64,000 bases of DNA, taken from assembly GCF_963921235.1 (NCBI RefSeq), contig NC_086097.1, forward strand, positions 137,332,001-137,396,000, read 5' to 3'. Positions 25,833 through 37,390 of the stretch are shown piece by piece; the stretch's first letter is position 1; every line of letters begins with the position of its first letter. Source of the stretch: Mobula hypostoma. Its lineage: Eukaryota. The notes under the pieces were generated by a model. That model saw only the letters and a program-made list of their open reading frames with translations. It was not told the DNA's origin and searched no databases. The position numbers and the translations under genes are program-made.

Positions 25833-27587
25833 TTATGTGTTACAAGTCAGTGCCTCTGCAAATGGGCCAAGAAGGTTTTTATTAAAGATGCACCTTATCC
25901 AAATCAGGTACGTTGTAAATGGTTTAATGTTTTCTATAAACGTGTAGTTCTGGTGAGGCAAGATGTAGGGCATATATGTGTTCTCACCTTGTTCCTGTAT
26001 CCAAACCTCATATGTCACCTCTTTTACCTTCAGGTACTTCAGATTCCAAGGTACTTGCCAGGAAACAGACAACTTTGCTTCACTGGCACTCTGGACAGAG
26101 GCTTGACATATGGAATCTCGCACTTTCCCAGGATATATTATACTTCTTGCTTTAACCTTCCCGAGAGGAGGTTTTGATTTCACTGACTGGTGAATTGCAG
26201 TCATCACAGATGTGATATCTATATGGGTGTCTTGATAAATACGGAATAGCCATTCAGGATTTCGGCAGCACAGGTGGCGAGGGACTTCTTTGCTCTTTAC
26301 AATGCGCTCTTGTTCAACTCTATCAAGGTGAGCAATTCCACCTTGTTCCCAGGGTCTGTCAGGATGGGTAACAGTATTCTCTTCCTTTGTGTTCTGCCAA
26401 GCAACATACTGTAGGTCCATGTTCAGGAGAGATGCCAGGGTTTTATAGGGCGTGTAATGCTCTGGGTTCACGGCATAAGGAAAAAGTTCAACAACCACAG
26501 CACCCCTAGGCAGAAACATTGCCATCACTAGTTGGGATCCATGCATGCTGACCAACATGGAGGCACCACTAATCAGTCTGACGAGGTCCCCGAAGGAATA
26601 CGCGTCCAGAGACACCGCAATAGTCTTCATCTGAAACTCCTGTGCTAGTGCTAGGATCAACTCTGCTTCATTCAAGATCAACCTGTTAACTGTGCGACTG
26701 AACAGTACAATGTACTCTTCACCACTGGAGCTTGTAGTAATGTTTAACTTTTCCACAATGAAGTGTGTGAATTGCCTGATTTCATTTCCAGATACCAATA
26801 TATTTGCTTTTGGTCCCTGAGGCTGGATGAAGCCGTACTGGTACCAAGTTGTCATTTTTGACAACCCAACATAAGATTTTGTAAAGCAAAGCAAACTCCC
26901 AAGACTCTTCAATTGTTCCCTCAGAAGAGGTTGTTTGTTACTAAATAATTTGTAGAGCTCAAAGTGCAACCCTTCATTCCACCCTTCCATAAAGACCAAG
27001 CGCGAATCTTCATTCAAGTCCTGAAACTGCAGCATTGTGTAGTAGATCGGGAGCAGATCATCATGGAAGATGTGCATGAGGTTATCCGGATTGAACCGAT
27101 TCATAATCAGTGCAACGTCTGGCACAAAGACTGGCTTCTGCATGAATTTGAGAGCTGCAACAGGCAATTCCACAAAATTGAAGTACTGGGCAGTGTGATC
27201 TTCCACAGAGGACAGGTCTAGAAGAGCAGGCTGGAATCGCCGCGAGCCCAGGTTCGGCAGCAGTATAGAGGCGTTGCCGTGGAAGAAGACAAACTCTTCA
27301 GCCTCTGTAGAGTAGCAGAGGGACTCGATCCGACAGATCCGCTCAGTATGCATTCTCCCGGTGCAAACCATTCTGGTGCCATTTTCCATAAGAGCCTGCA
27401 GGGCTGCGTGGTAGTCAATCTTAACTTGGGACAGCTCTTGGGTTTGCTGGGATAGCAACAATTCTTCTTCCAGTGAAGTGACCTGCTCCCACAACTTGAC
27501 ATACTTCCACAGCACTGCCGCCAGGATGGACACAAGAAGAGCGTTGACAATAATTGCTATGCTCATTCTGCGGTTTGATTTAGACAT
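25833..27587 (-). CDS. POMGNT2: Protein O-linked-mannose beta-1,4-N-acetylglucosaminyltransferase 2 (GT61 family, C-terminal FN3 domain); single coding exon
   Basis: Intact 584-aa ORF. It has an N-terminal signal-anchor ([16 protein letters not shown]), the motifs [41 protein letters not shown] and [20 protein letters not shown], and an FN3 domain ending [16 protein letters not shown], all matching vertebrate POMGNT2. The true start is probably the second ATG at 27566 ([11 protein letters not shown] aligns to human MHLSAVLNALL; A at -3). Confidence 0.97.
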   Translation of the reverse strand: MSKSNRRMSIAIIVNALLVSILAAVLWKYVKLWEQVTSLEEELLLSQQTQELSQVKIDYHAALQALMENGTRMVCTGRMHTERICRIESLCYSTEAEEFVFFHGNASILLPNLGSRRFQPALLDLSSVEDHTAQYFNFVELPVAALKFMQKPVFVPDVALIMNRFNPDNLMHIFHDDLLPIYYTMLQFQDLNEDSRLVFMEGWNEGLHFELYKLFSNKQPLLREQLKSLGSLLCFTKSYVGLSKMTTWYQYGFIQPQGPKANILVSGNEIRQFTHFIVEKLNITTSSSGEEYIVLFSRTVNRLILNEAELILALAQEFQMKTIAVSLDAYSFGDLVRLISGASMLVSMHGSQLVMAMFLPRGAVVVELFPYAVNPEHYTPYKTLASLLNMDLQYVAWQNTKEENTVTHPDRPWEQGGIAHLDRVEQERIVKSKEVPRHLCCRNPEWLFRIYQDTHIDITSVMTAIHQSVKSKPPLGKVKARSIIYPGKVRDSICQASVQSASEAKLSVSWQVPWNLKYLKVKEVTYEVWIQEQGENTYMPYILPHQNYTFIENIKPFTTYLIWIRCIFNKNLLGPFAEALTCNT

Positions 27588-27654
27588 GTAGAGCTAAGTG
27601 CATATCACAGCAAGCTGATGGCAAAGAGACCCCTCTCAAGGCAGCGTGAAGACC

Positions 27655-27677
27655 CTTGAAAAGACAACATTGTTAGA
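27655..27677 (-). promoter_or_regulatory. POMGNT2: Splice acceptor and branch point of the POMGNT2 coding exon
   Basis: Minus strand reads tCTAACaatgttgtcttttcaAG|ggtc: branch-point CTAAC at 27676-27672, a pyrimidine tract, and AG at 27656-27655, 67 nt upstream of the first in-frame ATG. Confidence 0.7.
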
Positions 27678-28203
27678 TAGTTGCTTCCAATTAAAACACA
27701 TTCAAAAATTGAATTAGATCCCTCAAAATCACAAGGAGACAAAGGGGGAGGCAGCAATGATAATTTACAGTCATGTACCGTTTTGACATAATAAACAACC
27801 AAGGGATTAGGATAAGAAAAGAACAATTTGTCACCAAACTACCAGGTCAAATCTTGGTAAGATACAAGGATGTCTACTGGAAGATGGAGCAAGGTGGAGA
27901 GGCAGAGTTGTCGGAAGAATTTCCCAGGGAAGTTGCAAAGGGATGGTCACTGATGGTGCAGAGATTGAAAGTAGGGAAGACCCAGAGCCTGGAATCGAAG
28001 AGGATATTTCCATGCTGCATCTCCTGAATACTCTAAGAATGGAGATGACAAAGGGATGTGGGAAGGGATAGGGTAGGGAAGGATGTGTTTATGAGCAAAA
28101 CTGAAGACTGAAAATAGAATATGGGCCAGATCAGCAGCAGTGTAGGTCAGTGAGTAGAGAACTTCTGAAACTATGGAAATGGTGCAAATTAGAATTTGAA
28201 TGA

Positions 28204-28417
28204 CGCAAACACGAGGAAATCTGCAGATGCTGGAAATTCAAGTAACACACACAAAATGCTGGTGAACACAGCAGGCCAGGCAGCATACATAGGAAGAAGC
28301 ACAGTCAACATTTCAGGCCGAGACTAGAAGGGTCTTGGCCTGAAACGTCGACTGTGCTTCTTCCTATGGATGCTGCCTGGCCTGCTGCGTTCCACCTGCA
28401 TTTTGTGTGTGTCTCTA
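28204..28417. mobile_element. Penelope-derived foldback mini-element (two inverted terminal repeats)
   Basis: Arms of about 80 bp at 28245-28324 and 28332-28412 are reverse complements; probable TSD agaatttgaatga/agagtttgaatga. Confidence 0.85.
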
Positions 28418-28724
28418 AGAGTTTGAATGAGATCATCTTTAGAACAAATGAGAGGTGGAGATCACTTCATCACCTACCTCTCCCCTCTCTGGAAGGCTGA
28501 ACCACGTGTGAATAAATCATCCAGCTGATTCAGGAAGCACATCCATCACTATTGCCAATATCCTTGGGTACTTTCCCCAGTCCTCGGTGCGGTGTACCCT
28601 CTGCAATACAGAGGGGTTTGTTCCTAGAAAAAAGTCTGTTTGTAATTTTCCACAATGCAAATCGTTTCTCCCACTGAATCTCTCAACAATTGTGTCCTGG
28701 CTGGTGCATGGCCTATAGACAAGG

Positions 28725-30310
28725 CAACACACACAAAATGCTGGAGGAATTCAGTAGGTCAGGCAGCACCTATGGAAATGAATAAAGTCGACGTTTCGGG
28801 CCAAGACCCTTCATCAGGACTTGAAAGGAAGGGGGAAGACAACAGAATAAAAAGGTGGGGGGAGGGGAAGGAGGATAACAAGAAGGTGATAGGTGAAGCC
28901 AGGTGGGTAGGAAGGTGAAAGGGCCAGAGAAGAAGGAATCTGATAGGAGTGGAGAGAGGACCATGGAAGAGAAGGAGGAGGAGGGGATCCAGGGGGAGGT
29001 GATAGGCAAGTGAGAAGAGGTAAGGTGCCAGAGTGGGGAATAGAGAAGAGGGGAGGGGAAGGGGCACTTTTTTTTTTACCAGAAGGATTAATTGACGTTC
29101 ATGTCATCAGGTTGGAGACTACCCAGATGGAATATAAGGTGTTGGTCCTCCCCCTCGAGGGTGGCCACATCGTAGCACAAGATGAGGCCATGGACCGACA
29201 TGTCAGAACAGGAATGGGAATTGGAATTAAAATGTTTGGCCACCAGGAAGCTCTGCTTTTGGCAGATAGAGCGCAGATTCTTGACGAAGCAGTCCCCCAA
29301 TTTACAAAGGGCCTCACCAATGTAGAGGAGGCTGCATCAGGAGCACTGGACACAATAGACGAATCCAGCAGATTTGCAAATGAAGTGTTGCCTTACCTGG
29401 AAGGACAGTTTGGGGCCCTGAATGGAGGTGAATGGGCAGGTGTAGCATTTTGGCCACTTGCAGGGATAGGTACAGGGAGGGAGATTAGTGGGGAGGGACG
29501 GATTGGCAAAGGAATCACAGAAGGAGCCATCCCTGCAGATGGTGAAGAGGAGAGAGGTAAAGATATGTTTGGTGGTAGGATCTCTTTGGAGATGGCAGAA
29601 GTTGCAGCGAATGATATGTTGGAAGTGGAGGCTCATGGGGTGGTAGGAAAGGACAAGAGGAACTCTGTCACTGTTAAGGCAGTGGGGAGATGGGGTGCGC
29701 GTGGATTTCAGGAAATAGAGAAGACGCAGACAGAGGAGGGAGGTGTCAGAAATGGACCAAGTGAATTTAAGGGCAGGGTGAAATTGATAAAATTCACAAT
29801 CTCAGCATGGCTGCATGAAGCAGCATCACTGCCATCATCAATATATCAAAGGAAGAGTTGGGGAGTATAAATGGGGAAGGCTTGAAACAAGGACTGTTCT
29901 ACATAGCCAACGAAAAGGCAGGTATAGCTGGGGCCCATGTGGGTGCCCACGGCTATCCCTCACGTCTGGAGAAAGTGGGAGGAGCAAAAGGAAAAATTGC
30001 TAAGGGTGAGGAGTTCTGCCAGATGGAGGAGGGTGGTAGTGGAGGGGAACTGGCTGGTCCTTTTATTCAGAAAGAAGTGGAGAACTAGAAGGCCTTCCTG
30101 ATGGGGGATAGAAACGTAGAGGGACTGGACATCGATGGTGAAAATGAAGCCATCAGGGCCAGGGAATTGAAATTTAGGGAGGAGATCAGGAGCATGAGAA
30201 GTATCACGGATGAAGGTGGGAGGGGACTGAACCGAGGATAGAATGGAGTCGAGGTATGAGGACAAGGGTTCAGTGGGACAGGAACAGGCAGAGACAATAG
30301 GAATTCTGAC
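28725..30310 (-). mobile_element. Penelope-like element, 5'-truncated and decayed (RT and GIY-YIG endonuclease)
   Basis: FIFTIDVQSLY, NFSFCSSHFLQT, MGTHMGPSYACLFVGYVE, YCVQCS...VAKHFNS, IFHLGSLQPD; 3' terminal repeat with hammerhead. Confidence 0.9.
28785..28822 (-). ncRNA. Minimal type I hammerhead ribozyme (PLE-associated)
   Basis: Minus strand AAGUC-CUGAUGA-A-GGG-UCUUGG-CCC-GAA-ACGU-C^GACUU: complete core, stem I of 5 bp, stem II of 3 bp, palindromic stem III ACGU. Confidence 0.8.
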
Positions 30311-30382
30311 TGTATCGTACATATGAGAGGTACAGTGAAAGGGTTGTTGTTTTTATTTACTAGAAATGGACATTACATTCAT

Positions 30383-30795
30383 AAAATATTGCAGGAATTC
30401 AGCAATGTCAGGCAGCATCTGTGGAAGGATAAGCAGTCAATGTTTCAGGCTGCGACCCTTCATCAGGACTGGAAAGGAAGCGGGCAAAAGCCAGATTAAG
30501 GTGGTGGGCAAGGGGTAGTACAAGCTAGCAGGTGATAGGTGAGCATGAGGCGGGGGGGTGAAGATGGATGGATGGAGGAGGAGGAGGAATGAAGAAAGAA
30601 GTTGGAAGGTGATGGTGGAAGGGGCAAAGGGTTGAAGAAGCAATCTAATAGGAGAAGACAGTGGATCATGGAAGAACGGGAAGCAGGAGGGGAACCAGGG
30701 GAGTTGATGTGCGGGTGATGAGAAGAGTAGAGATGAGAGGGTAATCAGAATGAGGAGTGGTAAAACAGAGGAGGAGGGAATGGGGAGTCATTATC
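30383..30795 (-). mobile_element. Penelope terminal-repeat fragment with decayed hammerhead (30434-30471)
   Basis: Minus strand cagtcctgatgaagggtcgcagcctgaaacattgactg, plus the pyrimidine-rich 3' UTR. Confidence 0.75.
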
Positions 30796-30824
30796 ATCGT
30801 AGGATCCTGCCTTTTGCAGCTGAC

Positions 30825-31410
30825 ATAAGACCATTAGACATCAGAGCAGAATTAGACCATTTGGCCCATTGAGACTGCTCCATTTCTTCATGGCCAACCC
30901 ATTTCTCTCTCAGCTCCATTCTCCTACCTTCTCTCCCTAACATTTCATGCCATGATTAATCAAGAATCTATCAACCTCCATCTTAAATACACCGTAATGA
31001 CCTGGCCTCTACAGCCACCTGCGGCAATGAATTCCACAGATTCACCACCTTCTGTCTAAACAAATTTTTCCTCATCTCTGTTCTAAATGGATGTTCCTCT
31101 ATTCTGAGGATGTGCCCTCTGGTCTGAGATCACCCACCCTCCCCTTCCCGCACTATAGGAAACATCCTCTCCATATCTACTCTATCTTGGCCTTTCAACA
31201 TTCAATGGGTTTCTATGAGATTCCCCCTCATTCTTCTAAACTCAGTGAGTACAGGCCCAGAGCCATCAAATACTCCTCGTATGATAACCCTTTCATTTCC
31301 AAAATCATTCTTGCGACCCTCCTCTGAACCCTCCCCAACGTCAGCACATCTGGGGCCCAAAACTGCTCACAATACTCCAAGTGAGGCCTCTCCAGTGCCG
31401 TATAAAGCTT
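30825..31410 (-). mobile_element. CR1 LINE 3' fragment
   Basis: RPHLEYCEQFWAP ORF and CR1 3' UTR. Confidence 0.85.
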
Positions 31411-32417
31411 CACATCAGTCTTTAATCATATCTCACATCATATCTTTAAACTGATTCATTTATGCATCTCCACTGTTGCATGCTCTGTAAAGTAACGCAA
31501 GTGGATTATGAGCAGAGCCTACCAACTACTCTTACCCATTCTCTAACTTTTGTTGTTCTTAACCCAGAGGCCTGAGAATGCTTATTCATTGAAAACATTC
31601 GTAACTGAAATGGAAAGATTTTTGGCACCAAGAAATGTGGAAAATCAGTTACGTTCTTATTGAAATGCAGGGCCACATGTCACAATTCTACTTTCTTTTG
31701 TTTATACCATCCTGACTCATCCGACTTCCCGTTATTTGCAAAGGATTGTTTTTCACTAAAAACAATTCAACTACAGCACTGATTAATTTAAAGAGCAGCT
31801 TTAAAAGTCTTAGTGTATTCCTAGCTTCATAAATAGAAGATACTTATGTAACACTATTATTCCTAAATTGGAGCTCTCCTTCTTCCAGGAAGAAAGTCGA
31901 GCAAAAGACCAGTTGTTATTTTTTGGATTGAAAATTAACAAGTTTTAATCATCATTAACTAGCAGTGAAACACCATGTCCTAACAGAGGATGGATCTAAC
32001 ACAGAAGAAATGGACTAACAGGATTTTACGTTAATCCCCTCACTGTGGCTGAACGTTTTCTTTTCCACTTCATGCACCTTCTACGCTCATGCTCTGTAGT
32101 ACAACCAATAATTTAACTAGATAATCATGCAAGGGAAATCCATTTTAAGCATATAAAGAGTAACAACAACTAATAAAGTCAGGTGATAGAATCATGTAAC
32201 AAGAATAAAACATTCTGATGCAGTGAACAATTCGTGTGAAGAATAAATTACTTGTATTTCTTCAAAGTGGCAGTGGACAACCACATTTCACCCCACTTAC
32301 AAACTGTGCTCCAGTCCATTTCAATATTCACTTCCTCCCCCGCTCAAAACTTCACATTTTCTGTTGTATTTTACAAGCTTATTTTGCAGCCCTTTCAGAA
32401 CAGTTTAATGAACTATT

Positions 32418-33040
32418 ACACACAAAATGCTGGAAGATCTCAGAGGCCAAGCAAATCTATGGAAAAGTGTAAACAGTCAACATTTTGGGCCGAGGCCCTT
32501 CATCGGGACTGGAAAAAAAATTTAAAGTCAGAGTAAGAAGGTGAGGGGAGGACAGGAAGAAGTACAAGGTAGCAGGTGATAGGTGAAACTGGGAGAGGGG
32601 GAAGGGATGAAGTAGAAATCTGGGAAGTTGATTGGTGAAGGAGATAAAGGGGAAGCTGATAGGGGAGAACAGAAGGCCATGGAAGAAAGGGAAAGGGGAG
32701 GAGCACCAGAGGGAGGTGATGGGCTGGTAAGGAGATAAGCTGAGAGAGGAAAATGGGAATGGGGAATGCTGAAGGAGAAGGGGGGGGGGCATTATCAGAA
32801 GTTCAAGAAATTGATGTTCATGTCATCAGGTTGGAGGCTACCCAGACAGAATATAAGGTGTTGCTCCTCCAGCCTTAGCATGGCCTCTCCATGGCAGTAG
32901 AGAGGCCATACTGACATGTCGGAATGGAAATGGGAAATAGAATTGAGATGGGTAGATGGATGCTGCCTGGCCTGCTGAGTTCCTCTAGCACTTTGAGTGT
33001 AATCCTTTGATTTCCAGCATCTGCAGAATTTCTCTAGTTT
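32418..33040 (-). mobile_element. Penelope-like fragment with inverted second terminus
   Basis: Terminus at 32418 with decayed hammerhead at 32474-32511; GIY-YIG C-terminus at about 32795-32950; inverted terminus ggatgctgcctggcctgctgag at 32958-33040. Confidence 0.85.
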
Positions 33041-34564
33041 GATAAAATGTTTATTTTACTCAAGATTAAATTTTACAATCTCTGGGTCTCTTCACCTTCG
33101 GCACTGACAGGACTGGATCGATGCAAAACTGGAAATGCTAGAAGTTTGTTTTTAATAGGTATCATATCTTATCCAAGCTGCTGTTTTGATCTGAATCTGT
33201 TCTCTTGCTTTTACAAACAATTTCCTACTATTTGCTGGCCTCCCAAAGGCTGGTCACATGGGTACGCCTACAACTCCCCAAGAGACAGAAACAAGCATGG
33301 AAATAAACACAAGGTCAACTTTTTCACAGCCAAGCAGCAAACATTAGCGCAGAAAAGAGCTGTGAACCAGCCTTGTGTGCAACATGAATAAAACAGTGTA
33401 AAATGTTCCTTTCTCAAGTAACACCAAAAGTTTTAGTCATGAATGCTATTTGTGTCAAATACTGTTTGCCTCACTGAGCTCAGAATAGAGCAACATATGG
33501 TTATGTATCCACTTACTATATCTTTCTCATACACACACACACACAGGTTTCCTGTGAAACTTCTCATGACAGATCTATATTTTAGAGCTCATTCACACTG
33601 CCCCAATAATAACCATGTGAAGCGAGTCAAAGGCCGTCTGCATTCCCACTGGATTTATCCCCACACAAAATAGGTTGAATCTCCATCTGCCTATCCCATA
33701 TAATAATAGCACCTTCTTCCTGGTCCTCACTCCACCCTAGAGCTTGTTCTTATTCAACAGAACAGCTGCACATTTCTCCTTCAGTAACAGCATTAATCTA
33801 TGAGTAGGAGAGGTGACAGAAGTTGGAAGCTTGTTTATTAGATGCTGGTATTCTGGGTTTACACATATTTTATAATGAGGATATTACCGAGCCAGATCTC
33901 ATTAAAACCTGATCATGAACAGGTTCAATTCAGACACCCTCATGCACATCTTCTCATTAAAACATTTTCTTACCGCTTCAAGCCTCACATCTGTTCCAGA
34001 GCCACTGGCAGCCAACTAATATCCTGTTTGTAGTGCCAGACCTAAATTTACAAAAGGCTGCAGCTTTTCATGGTTTCCTGGCACACTTTATTCTGAAGTT
34101 GATGCTGCACTCTATGCACTGTGAAACTAGATCTCTAAGGGGCCTCAAACTACCGGGCTCTTGAGTTGGGTCAGATCCAAACACAGAATCATAATACAAC
34201 CCAGTTAGTATGCAAGAGAAATGTACTGGGAGCTTTGACACAGTCAACATGCATCCTTCCACCCAGTTCAGTGTCATTATAGATTGGTCTTTTAACCTAC
34301 TGAAGCATTATTGGGACACTTTGATACAATGAAGAAAGATCTGTGATTATAAGAGGATGTGCTTTAATTGGCTGCTCTCATTTGAAAGCCCAAGTGATGC
34401 CAAAAGTTATTCTGGTTTCAAAGCAAGTACTCAATGGAAGATGCAAGATTCCTCCTCATTTTGCATGACTATTGAATGTCAATGATGTAAGGTGTCCTAC
34501 GTGCTGTGGAGCAAGAACCACACACACAAACTGCTGGATGAACTCAGCAGGTCGGGCAGCATCT

Positions 34565-34785
34565 ATTATTATTTCTTTCTTTTTGTATTTGCACTGTTTG
34601 TTGTCTTTTGCACTCTGGCTGCGGTGGGGGTGACGGGAGAGAGCACCCAAGTTGGTGTGGTCTTTCACTGATTCTGTTATGGTTATTATTCTATGGATTT
34701 ATTGAGTATGTCCACAAGGAAAGGAATCTCAGGATTATACATGGTGAAGTATATGTACTTAGATACATTTACTTTCAACTTTGAT
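34565..34785 (+). mobile_element. Unclassified SINE-like tail, preceded by a short PLE terminus at 34517-34565
   Basis: ggatttattgagtat...aatctcagg...tttactttcaactttga; near-identical tail at 40835-40992. Confidence 0.55.
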
Positions 34786-35610
34786 TTAACCCAATTTTGT
34801 ACTCACCTTGCCAGCCTTTCCTTGGATTCCATGGGCTTTTACTTTACTGACGAGTGTACCAGATGGAATGGATCACACAATCCTACCAATTTTAGACCTT
34901 AAAGTTAGCATTAACTCCTTTCAGTGGGAAAGGGCTCTACATTTATCACCCATTTGATGAAGGACTGCTTAATAACCTTTCTCCTAAATGACCTGTTTCT
35001 AATTGTAAGGCAACATTTTTAGTCACAGATTTCCGAACCAACAAAGTAAGCTTCTCTTAATGTCTCCCGTCAATTCCATTTATAACCTTAAAATTCTGAG
35101 TCAAATCACCCCTTAGCTTTTTACTTTCTTGGGAATATACACCTAGTGTATATATTAATTTAACCCTTGCAATCCTGATGAAGCTGTTCGGCACTCCTCC
35201 AAAGGTATGCACAGTCTATATACACTTTTATAGATTCATACATAGAATGTACAGTATATTCAGTATAGAGTGACCAAACTGTACACAATGCTTTAGGTAC
35301 AGTCTAACCAGAAAAATACATAATGTACTGCAATTCTTCCCTTTCTAAGTCTAGCTCCTCCAATCTTTACAGGTGAACACCAAGGAGAAAGACAATGAGG
35401 ATAGTGAGATTGGTGGGGGTGGGGGAATGCTAATTTTCTGGGTAATGTTGATATCAGGAAGGAGGTAGAATTGAGTCTCTTGAAACACATTAAGGCGGAT
35501 AAATCCCCTGAGCCAGGTGGGATCTAACCCAGGTTATTGAGAGAGACAGGCATGGATATTGCTTGACTATGATCTTTCTATTCTGTTCAGATACAGACAA
35601 GATCCCAGCG

Positions 35611-35691
35611 CAGGGCTTCCCAACCTGGGATCCACGGACCCCTTGGTTAGTGGTAGAGGGTCCATGGCATAAAAATGTTTGGGAACCCCTG
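35611..35691. mobile_element. Approximately 80-bp hAT-type mini-MITE (reverse copy of the 13639 family)
   Basis: cagggcttcccaa...ttgggaacccctg; degenerate 8-bp TSD tcccagcg/tcctagag. Confidence 0.75.
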
Positions 35692-35936
35692 TCCTAGAGG
35701 ATTAGAAAATTGTTTGGGACAAATAGACCAGTGAACCTTACATCAGTGTAAGGGTAATTATTAGAGAACAATTAGGGTTAAGATTGACGTGCATCTGGAT
35801 AAGAACAGATACTAGGATAATCAGCATGGCTTTGTACAAGGAAGGTCTTAAACTAGATTAAGTGACAAAGATGACTGATAAGTGGATGTTGTGTACATGA
35901 AATTTAGAAAAGCTTTCGATAAGGTCCCTCATGGTA

Positions 35937-36365
35937 GAAGCTCAGCGACAGGGCTGGAAAACCAAAGTTTGCCCTGTGGAAGTGGGCTGTAGGGGATTTA
36001 TAGCCACATCCACCAACAAATTGCTGAAGGAGCAATGGATCCATGCTCAGACTCTATGACAAACTTCAGAGCCACATCAGAGGCGGCACAAAGAAGCAGT
36101 CACTAGCTTTCGATCAAGCGGAAAGACCTCTCCTGGGCTCCAAGATAGCATCAAGAAAGTGGGAAGACACACTGGGGGGGGGGGTGACCCTGGGACACTA
36201 GAAGTCATCATTGAGCCCCCCAGAAATCTAGTGGGCTAATCAATGAAAGACCGAGGAAGGAGGGTGCCCACTCAAAAACCCCTGTGTGTCAAACCCGTGC
36301 CACTCCCAACATCAAGGCAGTCTCAAGAAAGTGCTCACGATCCATTGACACGAGGGATATTAACA
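35937..36365 (+). mobile_element. 3' fragment of a HERO-like (restriction-like endonuclease) non-LTR retrotransposon
   Basis: Translates EAQRQGWKTKVCPVEVGCRGFIATST...SEAAQRSSH*LSIKRKDLSWAP. Confidence 0.7.
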
Positions 36366-37152
36366 TCTTATCCTGTGCTTTTTGATTTCTGATGTAATGC
36401 TTTACTGAAGTCCACATATAAAACATCTAAAAAATTAAGGCACATGGAATCTGCAGATTAGATTGGATTCAAAATTGACTTGGCCATAGAAAACAAAGAG
36501 TATTGCTGGAGGAGTTTTATTTTGACTGGAGATCTGTGACCAGTGCGGTTCCTCAGGGATCAGTGCTGGGACCTCTGTGATGTGGATGAAAATGCAGGTG
36601 GGCTGATTGGTAAGTTAGCTGATGACAGAGAAGTTGACAGTTGTGGACAGTTAGAGAGGTTGTCAAAGCATACTGCAGGACACAGATCAGTTGGAAATAC
36701 TGGCAGAGAAATGGCAGGTGGAGTTTAATCGACTGTGTTTTCGAAGAGTTACACTTTGGGAGGAGTAAAGTATACTGCCAAGGGCAGTGATTTATAGACT
36801 GATCATGGGGGTCCAAGTCCCATAGCTGCCTGAAAATCACAGCACAAGTAGATAAAGTAATCAAGGAGGCGTTTAGCATATTTGCCTTCATTTGTTGTGA
36901 CAAAGTATGAAAGTCAGAATGTCATGTCGCAATTATATAAACTTTTGGTTAGACCACACTTGCAGCCCTGTGTATACTTCTGGTCACCATACCACAACGG
37001 ATATGAAGGCTTTTGAGAGGATGAAGAAATTCACAGGACATTGCCTGAATTACAGAGTATTAGTTATAAGGAAAGGTTGGATTCTTTTTTTCCCTCTGGA
37101 ATAGAGGCTAAGCAGTGACCTGGCAGAAGTAAATAAAATTATGAGAGGCAAA

Positions 37153-37390
37153 CAGTACAGTTCAAAAGTCTTTGGCACATGTATGAGGATGCCTAAGACC
37201 TTTGCACAGGATTGTATATTATATCTTTCCAGTTACCAAATAACCCTTAATACTGCTGAGCTAATACAGAGCTAAGTGCGCTTATTTCTATTTCCCAACC
37301 ACCTTCCTATTTTAACCAATACACAGTAGTATGCAAAAGTCTTAGGCACCCGAGCCGTATACATGTGCCTAAGACTTTTGTACAGTCCTG
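37153..37390. mobile_element. Tc1/mariner-like MITE with four TIR copies
   Basis: cagt...caaaagtcttaggcac and gtgcctaagacttttg..cag..ctg occur twice each; TA at the right flank (37391-37392); interrupts CR1. Confidence 0.7.

Noticed and set aside
27580..27603. uORF beginning MHL as the ancestral POMGNT2 N-terminus (human starts MHL)
   Set aside because: Spacing to NALLVS shows that the ATG at 27566 is the orthologous start; the match is probably chance.
29010..29870. 286-aa plus-strand ORF
   Set aside because: Antisense shadow of the minus-strand Penelope coding region.
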